In this document: in pieces, positions 11,971 through 23,488 of the stretch
Numbering within the stretch: position 1 is the first letter of the stretch
Layout of the letters: the number at the start of each line of letters is the position of its first letter
DNA from: Nemertoderma westbladi
Taxonomy: Eukaryota > Animalia > Xenacoelomorpha
Length of the DNA: 64,000 bases
Direction: 5' to 3'
NCBI GenBank assembly: GCA_032718475.1
Contig: JAUCBJ010008860.1
Span: 23,024 to 87,023, forward strand
Translations under genes and position numbers: made by a program
The notes under the pieces: model-generated
Databases searched by the model: none
What the model saw: the letters and a program-made list of their open reading frames with translations, nothing else
What the model was told of the DNA's origin: nothing

Positions 11971-14900
11971 ACTAGATTACACGGATTTAAATAATAATTA
12001 CAATAGATTAATTATGATACAGATTACACGGATTACTAGATTACACGGATTACTAGATTACACGGATTACTAGATTACACGGATTACTAGATTACACAGA
12101 TTACTAGATTACACGGATTTAAATAAAAATTACAATAGATGAATTATGATACAGATTACACGGATTACTAGATTACACGGATTTAAATAACAATTACAAT
12201 AGATTAATTATGATACAGATTACACGGATTACTAGATTACACGGATTACTAGAATACACGGATTACTAGATTACACAGATTACTAGATTACACGGATTAC
12301 TAGATTATACGGATTACTAGATTACACGGATTACTAGATTACACGGATTACTAGATTACACGGATTACTAGATTACACGGATTACTAGATTACACGGATT
12401 ACTAGATTACACGGATTTAAATAACAATTACAATAGATTAATTATGATACAGATTACACGGATTACTAGATTACACAGATTACTAGATTACACGGATTAC
12501 TAGATTACACAGATTACTAGATTACACGGATTACTAGATTACACGGATTACTAGATTACACGGATTACTAGATTACACGGATTACTAGATTACACGGATT
12601 ACTAGATTACACGGATTGCTAGATTACACAGATTACTAGATTACACGGATTACTAGATTATACGGATTACTAGATTACACGGATTACTAGATTACACGGA
12701 TTACTAGATTACACGGATTACTAGATTACACGGATTTAAATAACAATTACAATAGATTAATTATGATACAGATTACACGGATTACTAGATTACACAGATT
12801 ACTAGATTACACGGATTACTAGATTACACAGATTACTAGATTACACAGATTACTAGATTACACGGATTTAAATAAAAATTACAATAGATTAATTATGATA
12901 CAGATTACACGGATTACTAGATTACACGGATTACTAGATTACACAGATTACTAGATTACACGGATTTAAATAACAATTACAATAGATTAATTATGATACA
13001 GATTACACGGATTACTAGATTACACAGATTACTAGATTACACGGATTTAAATAACAATTACAATAGATTAATTATGATACAGATTACACGGATTACTAGA
13101 TTACACGGATTACTAGATTACACGGATTACTAGATTACACGGATTACTAGATTACACGGATTTAAATAACAATTACAATAGATTAATTATGATACAGATT
13201 ACACGGATTACTAGATTACACGGATTACTAGATTACACGGATTACTAGATTACACGGATTACTAGATTACACGGATTACTAGATTACACGGATTTAAATA
13301 ACAATTACAATAGATTAATTATGATACAGATTACACGGATTACTAGATTACACGGATTACTAGATTACACAGATTACTAGGTTACACGGATTTAAATAAC
13401 AATTACAATAGATTAATTATGATACAGATTACACGGATTACTAGATTACACGGATTACTAGATTACACGGATTACTAGATTACACGGATTACTAGATTAC
13501 ACGGATTTAAATAACAATTACAATAGATTAATTATGATACAGATTACACGGATTACTAGATTACACGGATTACTAGATTACACGGATTACTAGATTACAC
13601 GGATTACTAGATTACACGGATTACTAGATTACACGGATTTAAATAACAATTACAATAGATTAATTATGATACAGATTACACGGATTACTAGATTACACGG
13701 ATTACTAGATTACACAGATTACTAGATTACACGGATTTAAATAACAATTACAATAGATTAATTATGATACAGATTACACGGATTACTAGATTACACGGAT
13801 TACTAGATTACACGGATTACTAGATTACACGGATTTAAATAACAATTACAATAGATTAATTATGATACAGATTACACGGATTACTAGATTACACGGATTA
13901 CTAGATTACACGGATTACTAGATTACACGGATTACTAGATTACACGGATTACTAGATTACACGGATTTAAATAACAATTACAATAGATTAATTATGATAC
14001 AGATTACACAGATTACTAGATTACACGGATTACTAGATTACACGGATTACTAGATTACACGGATTACTAGATTACACGGATTTAAATAACAATTACAATA
14101 GATTAATTATGATACAGATTACACAGATTACTAGATTACACGGATTACTAGATTACACAGATTACTAGATTACACGGATTACTAGTTACACGGATTTAAA
14201 TAACAATTACAATAGATTAATTATGATACAGATTACACAGATTACTAGATTACACGGATTACTAGATTACACGGATTTAAATAACAATTACAATAGATTA
14301 ATTATGATACAGATTACACGGATTACTAGATTACACGGATTACTAGATTACACGGATTACTAGATTACACGGATTACTAGATTACACGGATTACTAGATT
14401 ACACGGATTTAAATAACAATTACAATAGATTAATTATGATACAGATTACACGGATTACTAGATTACACAGATTACTAGATTACACAGATTACTAGATTAC
14501 ACGGATTACTAGATTACACGGATTACTAGATTACACGGATTTAAATAACAATTACAATAGATTAATTATGATACAGATTACACGGATTACTAGATTACAC
14601 AGATTACTAGATTACACAGATTACTAGATTACACGGATTATTAGATTACACGGATTACTAGATTACACGGATTTAAATAACAATTACAATAGATTAATTA
14701 TGATACAGATTACACGGATTACTAGATTACACAGATTACTAGATTACACAGATTACTAGATTACACAGATTACACGGATTACTAGATTACACAGATTACT
14801 AGATTACACAGATTACTAGATTACACGGATTACTAGATTACACGGATTACTAGATTACACGGATTACTAGATTACACGGATTACTAGATTACACGGATTA

Positions 14901-15117
14901 CTAGATTACACGGATTACACAGATTACACGGATTACTAGATTATACGGATTACTAGATTACACGGATTACTAGATTACACGGATTACTAGATTACACGGA
15001 TTACTAGATTACACGGATTACTAGATTACACGGATTACTAGATTACACGGATTACTAGATTACACAGATTACTAGATTACACGGATTTAAATAAAAATTA
15101 CAATAGATTAATTATGA
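11971..15117. repeat. Composite satellite: runs of a 17-bp unit (GATTACTAGATTACACG) punctuated by a 47-bp unit
   Basis: Directly visible. The 47-bp unit is GATTTAAATAACAATTACAATAGATTAATTATGATACAGATTACACG. Confidence 0.97.
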
Positions 15118-15525
15118 ACGATTTAAATTCGTACTTACTGTACGAATTTAATTATCCATTCCCAGCAACAATCAAAATATTAACGAAATTATTACCCGAA
15201 ATGTGTAGGGAAATACACAGTAAAAGGACGTACATTAAAATATAAATATGTTAATGGAGATAAAATAGAATAAGGTTCTGAATAAGGTTCTTACATTCAG
15301 TACTATACAGTTACTACATTATTAATCCAAGACGGCTGTTCATTAAGGCCATTCGTTGAAGAAGTTATTAAAGAAGTTATTAAAAGAGCCTGTTAAATAC
15401 ACCCGAAATATAAAATACTTAGTTAAAATATTTATAAAATACACTATAAATATACCAAAAGTTAAAATACATAGTATACTATAAGATACTGAGTTTTACT
15501 GTACTGAGTTTACAAATATACATAG

Positions 15526-18500
15526 TAGAGTTGAAACAGAGACCTGTTTTTCTTAATCCCGGTAAACCAGAGCCCTACCCAGAGAATTATTTTGAAAAAT
15601 ACCGGAGACCAGAGCCGGAGATCAGAGACTTTGTTTATTTTTGTACTTACAATTTGATTACTCCCCTATAACACAAACAGGTACATACGGCCTTAGAACT
15701 ATTTTCTATGGTTCAATTACAGTAAATCCAACCCATTTCAACCCTTACCCATTGGAAGAAAATAAGCGCACGTACAGTTTGGGGGACTTAATTAATATTA
15801 ATTTGGTTATTTGTTTATTAATTCGTTCTTATTTTGTTGTTGTTAATAATATGTTACATTAATTTGTTTTGCGCCATAGTTACCGGTACTTTATTAATTA
15901 AAGGCACTTATTTTACAATTGTTCAAATCATATGCATTTCAATATACTATAAACTTAATCATTAACGAATACTTAGTGCACAGGTATAGTGCTCTACTCG
16001 CCCCATTTACAAGCCTCGTTACGCTCGTTCTCTCCATTTGGTAGTATCTATCCTATAACAAATTGAATGGAGAACAGCCCTTTCTTTCACTTTTAAACAT
16101 TATGGGAGCTCAAATTAAGCGCCCTTATCCTTAAATAAGAACCATCTTTAGGTGCTAATTTAACTTAAAATTAAACGCACCTTAAATTAATTAATAAGAA
16201 GATTATCCATTATCGGTACATTTTATTAGAAATAGTGTAAAAGGGTCAATAAGCTTAAAAGTGGCCAAAAAGGGGTACAAATTGACCAAAAAATTTTTGT
16301 CGGAAATTAGTGCCATACCATCAAGGTGCATACCATACACCATTCGAAAGATAATTTCATGGCGAATCTTGTGATGGTAGAGGGAGAGCATGACGCGCTG
16401 CTCAAAGGGAGATATATGGCAAAAACTAATGTCATATCTGTAACGTTTTTGTCTACCACAGTAACGCATTACAGTGATGACATTTATGGGACAAACGTCT
16501 GTAACGGCCATCTGTAACGGTAATTATGTTATATGGATTTTGCAGTATTTATAACTTATTGCTTCGACAATAAGGTAATTTCTTGGACAAACATCTGTAA
16601 CAAACAGCGATATCTGACCATAACCATCGCATCCATTAAATTATATGTACTTAATACATATGATTTCCAATAATAAATAGAAAAAGTTTTTCATTAACAT
16701 TTTTCTGTGTAACCGATAATCTTGTTTTACACGATTTTTTTTATCCCGTTTTAAATTTTCTCTATCGCGCCGCTTTTTATATGCTTGTTTAAAATACTCT
16801 GTATAACAACCGCGGTCCATTTTTTCTCTGTACTTATTTAACCGCTCCCTGGCGTTTCTCTGCAACTGATTCAGAGACGTCTATTACCTCATCCAATATA
16901 CGGATCTGACTAAACTTATCACAATAATATAAGTAGTGCACAAGTCCTTCATGTAAGTCAGTAAGTGATGTTAAGCCAATGATTTAGAAATTGATAGTAA
17001 ATTATAGGGCATAGGCCTTTTATATGCTATGAGGATCATTGCTATCAGCATTGTTGTAATAAATTACGCGCCTATGCAGGGAAGCCTAATAACGAAAAAC
17101 GCAAAACGAAACAGGGCAAAGTACCGTCTGTACAATATATTGTATGTTAAAAAAAACACTGTTTGTAGGAAATGTATCTTCTACAATTCTAAACGAAATA
17201 AAGCGAAATTCTGCAGAAAGCACATTTTATTAATAGGCCTACTTTTAAAATTTATAAGATGGAGATTGTATATATTTGCAATTAATTCCTAAATTATTTA
17301 CCACGGACCCAGAAGCTCTTGATTCATAAAATTTCATATGTGAAGTGAATCTGCGCTTTACTCCCTAGAATCCACAATCACCTCTTCCCGGATAGAGATA
17401 AACATGAATCCGTGTTTTACTCCCCTTACGGGAGGATCCAGTAACACTTGAGAATTCAAATTAGATTGAATTCGCATTTTGCACTCATTTCCGGATTTCA
17501 GGAAAATCCGGATCCGCGTTTTAACCTCAAAATTCGAGAACCGATCCGGATCCTGCATCCGGTTCCGCGTTTTACACTTACCCATCTTACACTACCACAT
17601 TACCACGAGCAGTTAGGATGTCAGTAGGAAGATGAAGAACGTATCAAACGCGTAGGCATTCAAATATTGTCAGTGATGCCTTATTGTATTTCAGGATGAC
17701 ACTCCGTTACAGATAGGACTGTCATATAGATATGACTGAAAACCTACAGCCTGTAACGCATCGATAACTGGTTATATAATGCGTTACAGATGAGACATGC
17801 CCTATCTGTAACGCACTGCACTGTAACGGTGACGCGTTACAGATGGTTGACAAAAACGCTTACCACCGCCATACATCATAGGTGTTTATTTATCACATTA
17901 ACTCTTGGGGTTAATGCGGCATAAATTCAAATTGCCTTTCCACACGTACCATTATACTTGTATGAGATTAATATTATCAAAATCTATGGCCACATTTGTA
18001 GCGTTACAGATATGGACGTTTATGCTTTCAATATTGACTTTGTTAAACATAAATGCTTCCCAAATGAGATTACCTTACCCTTTGTATGTGATATTTGGCC
18101 TATATATGTTAGAAACCCTGTAGATTCTAAATATATCAAAACTGTAAACCTACAGTTACTACTTCAGATTCTAGACGTAAATGTTACAGATGTGACACAA
18201 AAAGTGAAAAATCCATGCCCATTTTATGTATCGATCTCAAATGGTTCAATATGAATATTATGGCCTGAAATAAATCGGAAAAGAAAGCAAAACATCTAAG
18301 CTTCCCAACAATACATAGGTTTCCTATATATTTGGCACTTGGAGTGATAAAATTTACAGTTGTTTGTGGTCTTGTCACGTAAGGGACAACTGATTTTCAC
18401 GATATTTCAGTCTTTAATGGGGCATATCTTCTGACTGCCTTTACAGATTTGGATAATTTTTAGTGCGTAAGCTGCGCAAATAAATTAGCTACAGAATAAT

Positions 18501-18861
18501 ATATAACTTTATTATATACGAATAAATTAAAGCATATATAATTATATCGTATCTTCCGGACAAACCATTGGCCACTTTTAAGCTTATTAACCCAAAAGTG
18601 AATATATAATTGTGTTGAAGCAGTTTATGTAAAATAGTTAAAAATTAAAGAAATAATTAATTGTAAAAATAATCATCATTTCACATTTTGTGTTGTACAG
18701 GATCTATTTTTAAATATCTATTTCTAATTTGTCAAATCACTGATCTCTGGTTAAAATGTCTGTTTTCAATACCCGGGAACCAGAGACCTATCCGGAGACC
18801 AAAAAATAGCCCGGAGAATCCAGAGATCAGAGATCAGCTACAAGTCTCTGTTTCAACTCTA
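15526..18861. mobile_element. Non-autonomous hAT-like DNA transposon carrying a nested insertion
   Basis: 18-bp TIR TAGAGTTGAAACAGAGAC / GTCTCTGTTTCAACTCTA; perfect 8-bp TSD ATACATAG (15518-15525, 18862-18869); subterminal CAGAGA/CCGGAG repeats. Confidence 0.85.
16243..18593. mobile_element. Non-autonomous TIR element (Sola2-like) nested in the hAT element
   Basis: 26-bp TIR GGGT(C/T)AATAAGCTTAAAAGTGGCCAA with one mismatch; AAAA on both flanks (4-bp TSD); many internal ATCTGTAAC / GTTACAGAT motifs. The superfamily call is inference. Confidence 0.7.
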
Positions 18862-19040
18862 ATACATAGTATATTAAAAAATACATATTTAAAGGGGGTT
18901 AGGGCTTATAGGGTTCTAGAATTATTGATCAGCACCATATCACAGGCCGTTTGTTAAGACAGCTGTTATAAATTAGCATCATATCACTAATAATTAGGAG
19001 TTAGGATATCATAGTACGTACGTATCATATCATGCTGTTG

Positions 19041-20100
19041 TTAGCGCATATTCAAATAGTGGTTTTTGATCCCATGTTTAAATGACTCCAGGGATATTTT
19101 ACTTTTTAGTTTATTGGGCAGGGAGTTCCATAGACTCGGGCCTAAGAATGACAGCGTTTCACACCCAACAGCAGTTCTGCGTGAGGGGATTACGGCTCGG
19201 TTCTCGCTCCTACGAAGGTTAATTCCAGTTGGGTCGAAAATAACTAAGTTCTCGAGATATGGTGGGGATAGGCCGCGACTAATACGATACATGTGACATA
19301 ATATGCTTTGCTCAACACGAGTGTCAATAGGTAGGTAGCCATGACATTTTTATATAGTGGTCTTGCGTTATGTGTGTCCGGTGGTGTAGTCCCAGGCAGA
19401 ATCGTATACACTTCCGTTGGAGTGTCTGTAGTTGGTTCTGTAGACCTTTGCTTGTGCTATAGTACCAGCAGGATGATACAAAGTCCAAGTGAGATTGAAT
19501 TAGAGCATTACAAAGCAACCTTTTGGTGTAATAATCGAGTATAGACCCCTGTCGGTAAAGGAATCGTAGAGTTGAGTTGCATTTCTTTATAACCTTTGCT
19601 GCCATTGAATCGCCTGGCATCCAAGAAACACCCTAAATATTTCACAGTTTTTTTTTCTTCAATAGGGATCACAGCGCATGTAATATTGAGCGGGTGAGCG
19701 TTGTTTAGTCGCTGGTGAGTTCCAAAAAGAATGCTTTTAGTTTTTTCGAAGTTCAAACTTAATTTGTTTTCAGTAGCCCATGAGTATACTTTGTCTAGCC
19801 TAATTTCTAGCGTATTTGCAACAGCTGATGGGTTTTGGTGGGAGGCAATGAGGTTGGCATCATCGGCTAGCTTCAGGGGCAAAGTATGTGGTTCTGTAAA
19901 AGTTACATCCGACTCTGTTTGGAGTTCTAGGTTTACGCTATGGAGTTCATCTTTGGGTCTCAATGACTGTAGATTTGATCCAGAGGAGCATGTAGCCGGG
20001 TTGATGGCCATATTTAGGTCGTTTCCATATATTAAGAAGAGCAAAACTGCCAATAGACCTCCTTGTGGTACTCCTGTATCTACTATCGCTTCACTCGAAC
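19041..20100 (-). pseudogene. 5'-truncated CR1/L2-group LINE, RT to C-terminus, frameshifted
   Basis: GVPQGG...LFLIYGNDL, LADD, LSLNFEKTKSILFG, KYLG, ALIQSHLDF, LQRKCIR and PSLWNSLP...SFK across ORFs 19508-20143, 19324-19620 and 19041-19292. Confidence 0.88.
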
Positions 20101-20144
20101 ATACCCCCCCCCCCCCCCCCCCCCCCCCCCAACACAGACACAAG

Positions 20145-20594
20145 ACTTGGGGGTGTGTGTGTGTGGTTGACGGGATTGCACGTCATCCTCCCACATACAT
20201 TGGGGGTAGTGTGTGTGTGTGTGTGGTTGACGGGATTGCACGTCATCCTCCCACATACATTGGGGGTAGTGTGTGAGTGGTTGACGGGTTTGCACGTCAT
20301 CCTCCCACATACATTGGGGGTAGTGTGTGTGTGGTTGACGGGATTGCACGTCATCCTCCCACATACATTGGGGGTAGTGTGTGTGTGTGTGTGGTTGACG
20401 GGATTGCACGTCATCCTCCCACATACATTGGGGGTAGTGGGTGTGTGTGTGGTTGACGGGTTGAGTCTCCCACAGTACAGGGTAGTGGGTGTGTGTGAGT
20501 GACGTACTACGTCACTCACACACACACACACTACCCCCAATGTATGTGGGAGGATGGCGTGCAATCCCGTCAACCACACACACACACCCCAAGT
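20145..20594. repeat. Foldback structure: ~6 tandem ~55-60-bp units followed by one inverted unit
   Basis: Unit (GT)nGGTTGACGGGATTGCACGTCATCCTCCCACATACATTGGGGGTA; inverted copy at ~20520-20594; central palindrome GTGAGTGACGTA-C-TACGTCACTCAC centred on 20507. Confidence 0.9.
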
Positions 20595-20741
20595 AATGTG
20601 TGAAGTTTACTGTCCGCTTTGGGCTTCCGTAAAATATCCTAATATAATAGTTTCTTAGTTATTATGCGACACACTAAAAAAGAGTCAGTCTATGCTACAT
20701 AACCAACATAGCTCTCACCACTAATTAATAATTAACTCTAC

Positions 20742-20869
20742 CTCCTGAGTATCTCATCCTGTAAGTCCTGCGGTGCCCCAGCAGCTATCTGACCTCTACG
20801 AGCCTTCCTCGATTTCATTTGTAGTCGAGTTACCTGCCTCTTCGCAAATATCGCCAACACAACGCAAAC
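20742..20869 (-). CDS. C1orf43: C1orf43/NICE-3 homologue, exon 2
   Basis: tttAG|GTT acceptor (20870-20871) and GAG|GTAGAG donor (20740-20741). 128 nt, phase 0 to 2. VCVVLAIFAKRQVTRLQMKSRK...APQDLQDEILR matches human VFVLLFIFVKRQIMRFAMKSRR...APKDLKEEIDIR. Confidence 0.88.
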
Positions 20870-21269
20870 CTAAATAACGTTGAAACTACGGAAATAACAT
20901 GAAATGAAAATAGGCTAACACAAACTATTACAAATCATTTATAGGGTTGTCCATTTATCCATGTCCATTACAGCACAGCAATATTACATTACAGCATTAG
21001 TCTGTAAGTCCATTCCCCTTGTGACATGGTCGTTGACATGTCGCATGACCTATATTTTAGGCTATTGGTTCATTCAAACAGATGAACAGTCAAACCGCCT
21101 TCAAAAGCGTTGGGCGTAATTGCTGGATTGAGATTGCTGGATTGAGTAGGCCACGCCACATCCTACAGGCCTGCTATGCCAAATTTTGTGGCATTGGTCA
21201 GGTAAATGGACATGGACAACCAGACAAATACCAATGAATACTGCTACCGGTACGACGATCTGCCGCACT

Positions 21270-22062
21270 AAAACTCCACACACATCCGCATCCGACATTA
21301 ATCACAAAGTAAACTTACCAAAACTCCACATCCGACATTAATCACAAAGTAAAAACTTACCAAAACTCCACATCCGACATTAATCACAAAGTAAACTTAC
21401 CAAAACTCCACACACATCCGACATTAATCACAAAGTAAACTTACCAAAACTCCACACACATCCACATCCGACATTAATCACAAAGTAAAAACTTACCAAA
21501 ACTCCACATCCGACAGTAATCACAAAGTAAAAACTTACCAAAACTCCACATCCGACATTAATCACAAAGTAAAAACTTACCAAAACTCCACACACATCCG
21601 CATCCGACATTAATCACAAAGTAAAAACTTACCAAAACTCCACATCCGACAGTAATCACAAAGTAAAAACTTACCAAAACTCCACATCCGACATTAATCA
21701 CAAAGTAAACTTACCAAAACTCCACACACATCCGCATCCGACATTAATCACAAAGTAAAAACTTACCAAAACTCCACATCCGACAGTAATCACAAAGTAA
21801 AAACTTACCAAAACTCCACATCCGACATTAATCACAAAGTAAAAACTTACCAAAACTCCACATCCGACAGTAATCACAAAGTAAAAACTTACCAAAACTC
21901 CACATCCGACAGTAATCACAAAGTAAAAACTTACCAAAACTCCACATCCGACATTAATCACAAAGTAAACTTACCAAAACTCCACACACATCCGCATCCG
22001 ACATTAATCACAAAGTAAAAACTTACCAAAACTCCACACACATCCGACATTAATCACAAAGT
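21270..22062. repeat. Tandem array (~18 units, 40-52 bp, main unit 42 bp) of the exon 1 end plus GTAAGT donor
   Basis: Minus-strand unit TACTTTGTGATTAATGTCGGATGTGGAGTTTTG|GTAAGTTTT; I count 17 GTAAGT donors. Confidence 0.93.
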
Positions 22063-22108
22063 AACTACTGGTTAGAAAAGCTGCCCCAGTTGCGCTACCG
22101 GTACTCAT
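22027..22108 (-). CDS. C1orf43: C1orf43/NICE-3 homologue, probable first coding exon (frame ambiguous as assembled)
   Basis: ATG at 22108 gives MSTGSATGAAFLTSSYFVINVGC, comparable to human MASGSNWLSGVNVVLVMAYGSL, and ends at TTG|GTAAGT (22025-22026). The 82-nt length gives phase 1 but exon 2 needs phase 0; an ATG at 22050 is in frame. Confidence 0.6.
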
Positions 22109-22487
22109 TATACAGCATTATATTGTTCCGTTACATAATTCTGTAATTTGGAGATCAGGAAATGAGAGTATTGAGTAAGAGAATGCAGAATGGCAGATTT
22201 TATCTTTCGAATCCAATCGCAATTACCGGTACTGAAACAGATTGCAAGATTATCTGATTGTACAGCAGTAGGCTACCGGCCAGCGTCTGCTGAAAGCAGT
22301 AAGTGCAGAAGTGTATGTCATAGGCCTAACATACACAAGCCTGCAAGTAAAACTTATACAAAGTCAGAAAGTACATGTGATAGTAGGAGCCAAGCCAACC
22401 AGACATGCCTATTCAGATATTACTGTATTACTACCAGCTGACCGGTATACATCATGTCCAGGAATATAGACATAGTGTCTGGAATAC

Positions 22488-23390
22488 ACCATGTCCTGAA
22501 ATATAGTGTCGTTATTCTGGTACATGGACCCTCCCCCCCCCAAATTTGTCTACTTGGGTCTTGGTCTTTATTTTGTACTCTACCAATGAGATTGCATGAA
22601 ATTTGAAACAGAGATAGTTTCACCTCCCTCCTCCTTGCTGGGTGAGCCAGAATTTTTATTTTTGCTTTCAATCTTTAGCTACAAGCGTTTGAAAAAGGTG
22701 TCTCCGGTGATATTTCACCAGTTACACTGCAGTTATTCTGAACCTTATCGGATTTATTGGTAGCAATAGAAAGCTAACCATGCAAGGATTCCAAAAATGT
22801 AAAAATATTTGAATTTGGTTGGGAAATAGCTGAGATATGAGCGTTCAAATGTTGCATGGTTTTGCACCTGCGCGAGGCTGTTTTATTCTATTAAATAAAA
22901 ACACTATATTCTAGAACATTTTGTTTATGTATGAATAGCTACATAATAGTATGTTTAAAGAAGCATTGCATTGTTGCCCAGCTACGTATGGGATAAACAA
23001 AATGTTCCAGAATATGAGGTATTTATTAAATAGAATAAATGGCGTGCAAGGGAAGCTAATACATGCAACATTCGAATGCCCATATCTCAGCTATTTCCCA
23101 ACCAAATTCAAATATTTTTACATATAAAGGAGATCGATCGGATAAAGGAAAGCGATAAAGTTAAAGAGTAACTGCAGTATAACTGGTGAAATACCACCGG
23201 AGACACCTTTTTCAAACGCTTGTAGCTAAAGATTTAAAGCAGAAAATAAAAATTCTGGCTCACCCAACAAGAAGGAGGGAGGTGAAACTATCTCTGTTTC
23301 AAATTTCATTCAATATCATTGAGATTTGTAGAAAACTTTTGGGGGGGGTCCAGGTACCTGAATAACGACACCTATATCCCAGCACATGGT
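22488..23390. mobile_element. Long palindromic (foldback) MITE, ~900 bp
   Basis: The ~430-bp left arm is the diverged reverse complement of the right arm, e.g. GAAATTTGAAACAGAGATAGTTTCACCTCCCTCC versus GGAGGGAGGTGAAACTATCTCTGTTTCAAATTTC. Confidence 0.85.
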
Positions 23391-23488
23391 ATAGTACTCT
23401 AGTGTAGGCCTAATATACAGATATAGTACCGTAGTGGAATAGTGGAATATAGTCAGATAGTACTGTATGTATAAAGAATATAGTTACC

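Noticed and set aside
11971-15117. CRISPR-like look of the 47-bp unit separated by variable-length segments
   Set aside because: The intervening segments are runs of one 17-mer, not unique spacers; there are no cas genes and the context is eukaryotic.
17298-17607. TTACCACG direct repeat as the TSD of a third nested element
   Set aside because: No TIR pair between the repeats; only a one-sided MITE-like fragment is visible.
20065-20585. His/Thr/Cys repeat ORFs
   Set aside because: Translations of the (GT)n-containing foldback repeat.
21101-21298. ORF MSDADVCGVLVRQIVVPVAVFIGICLVV... as a possible hydrophobic C1orf43 exon
   Set aside because: No convincing donor (GTTGTC), and the region at 22027-22108 fits the expected N-terminus better. 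It cannot be fully excluded without cDNA.
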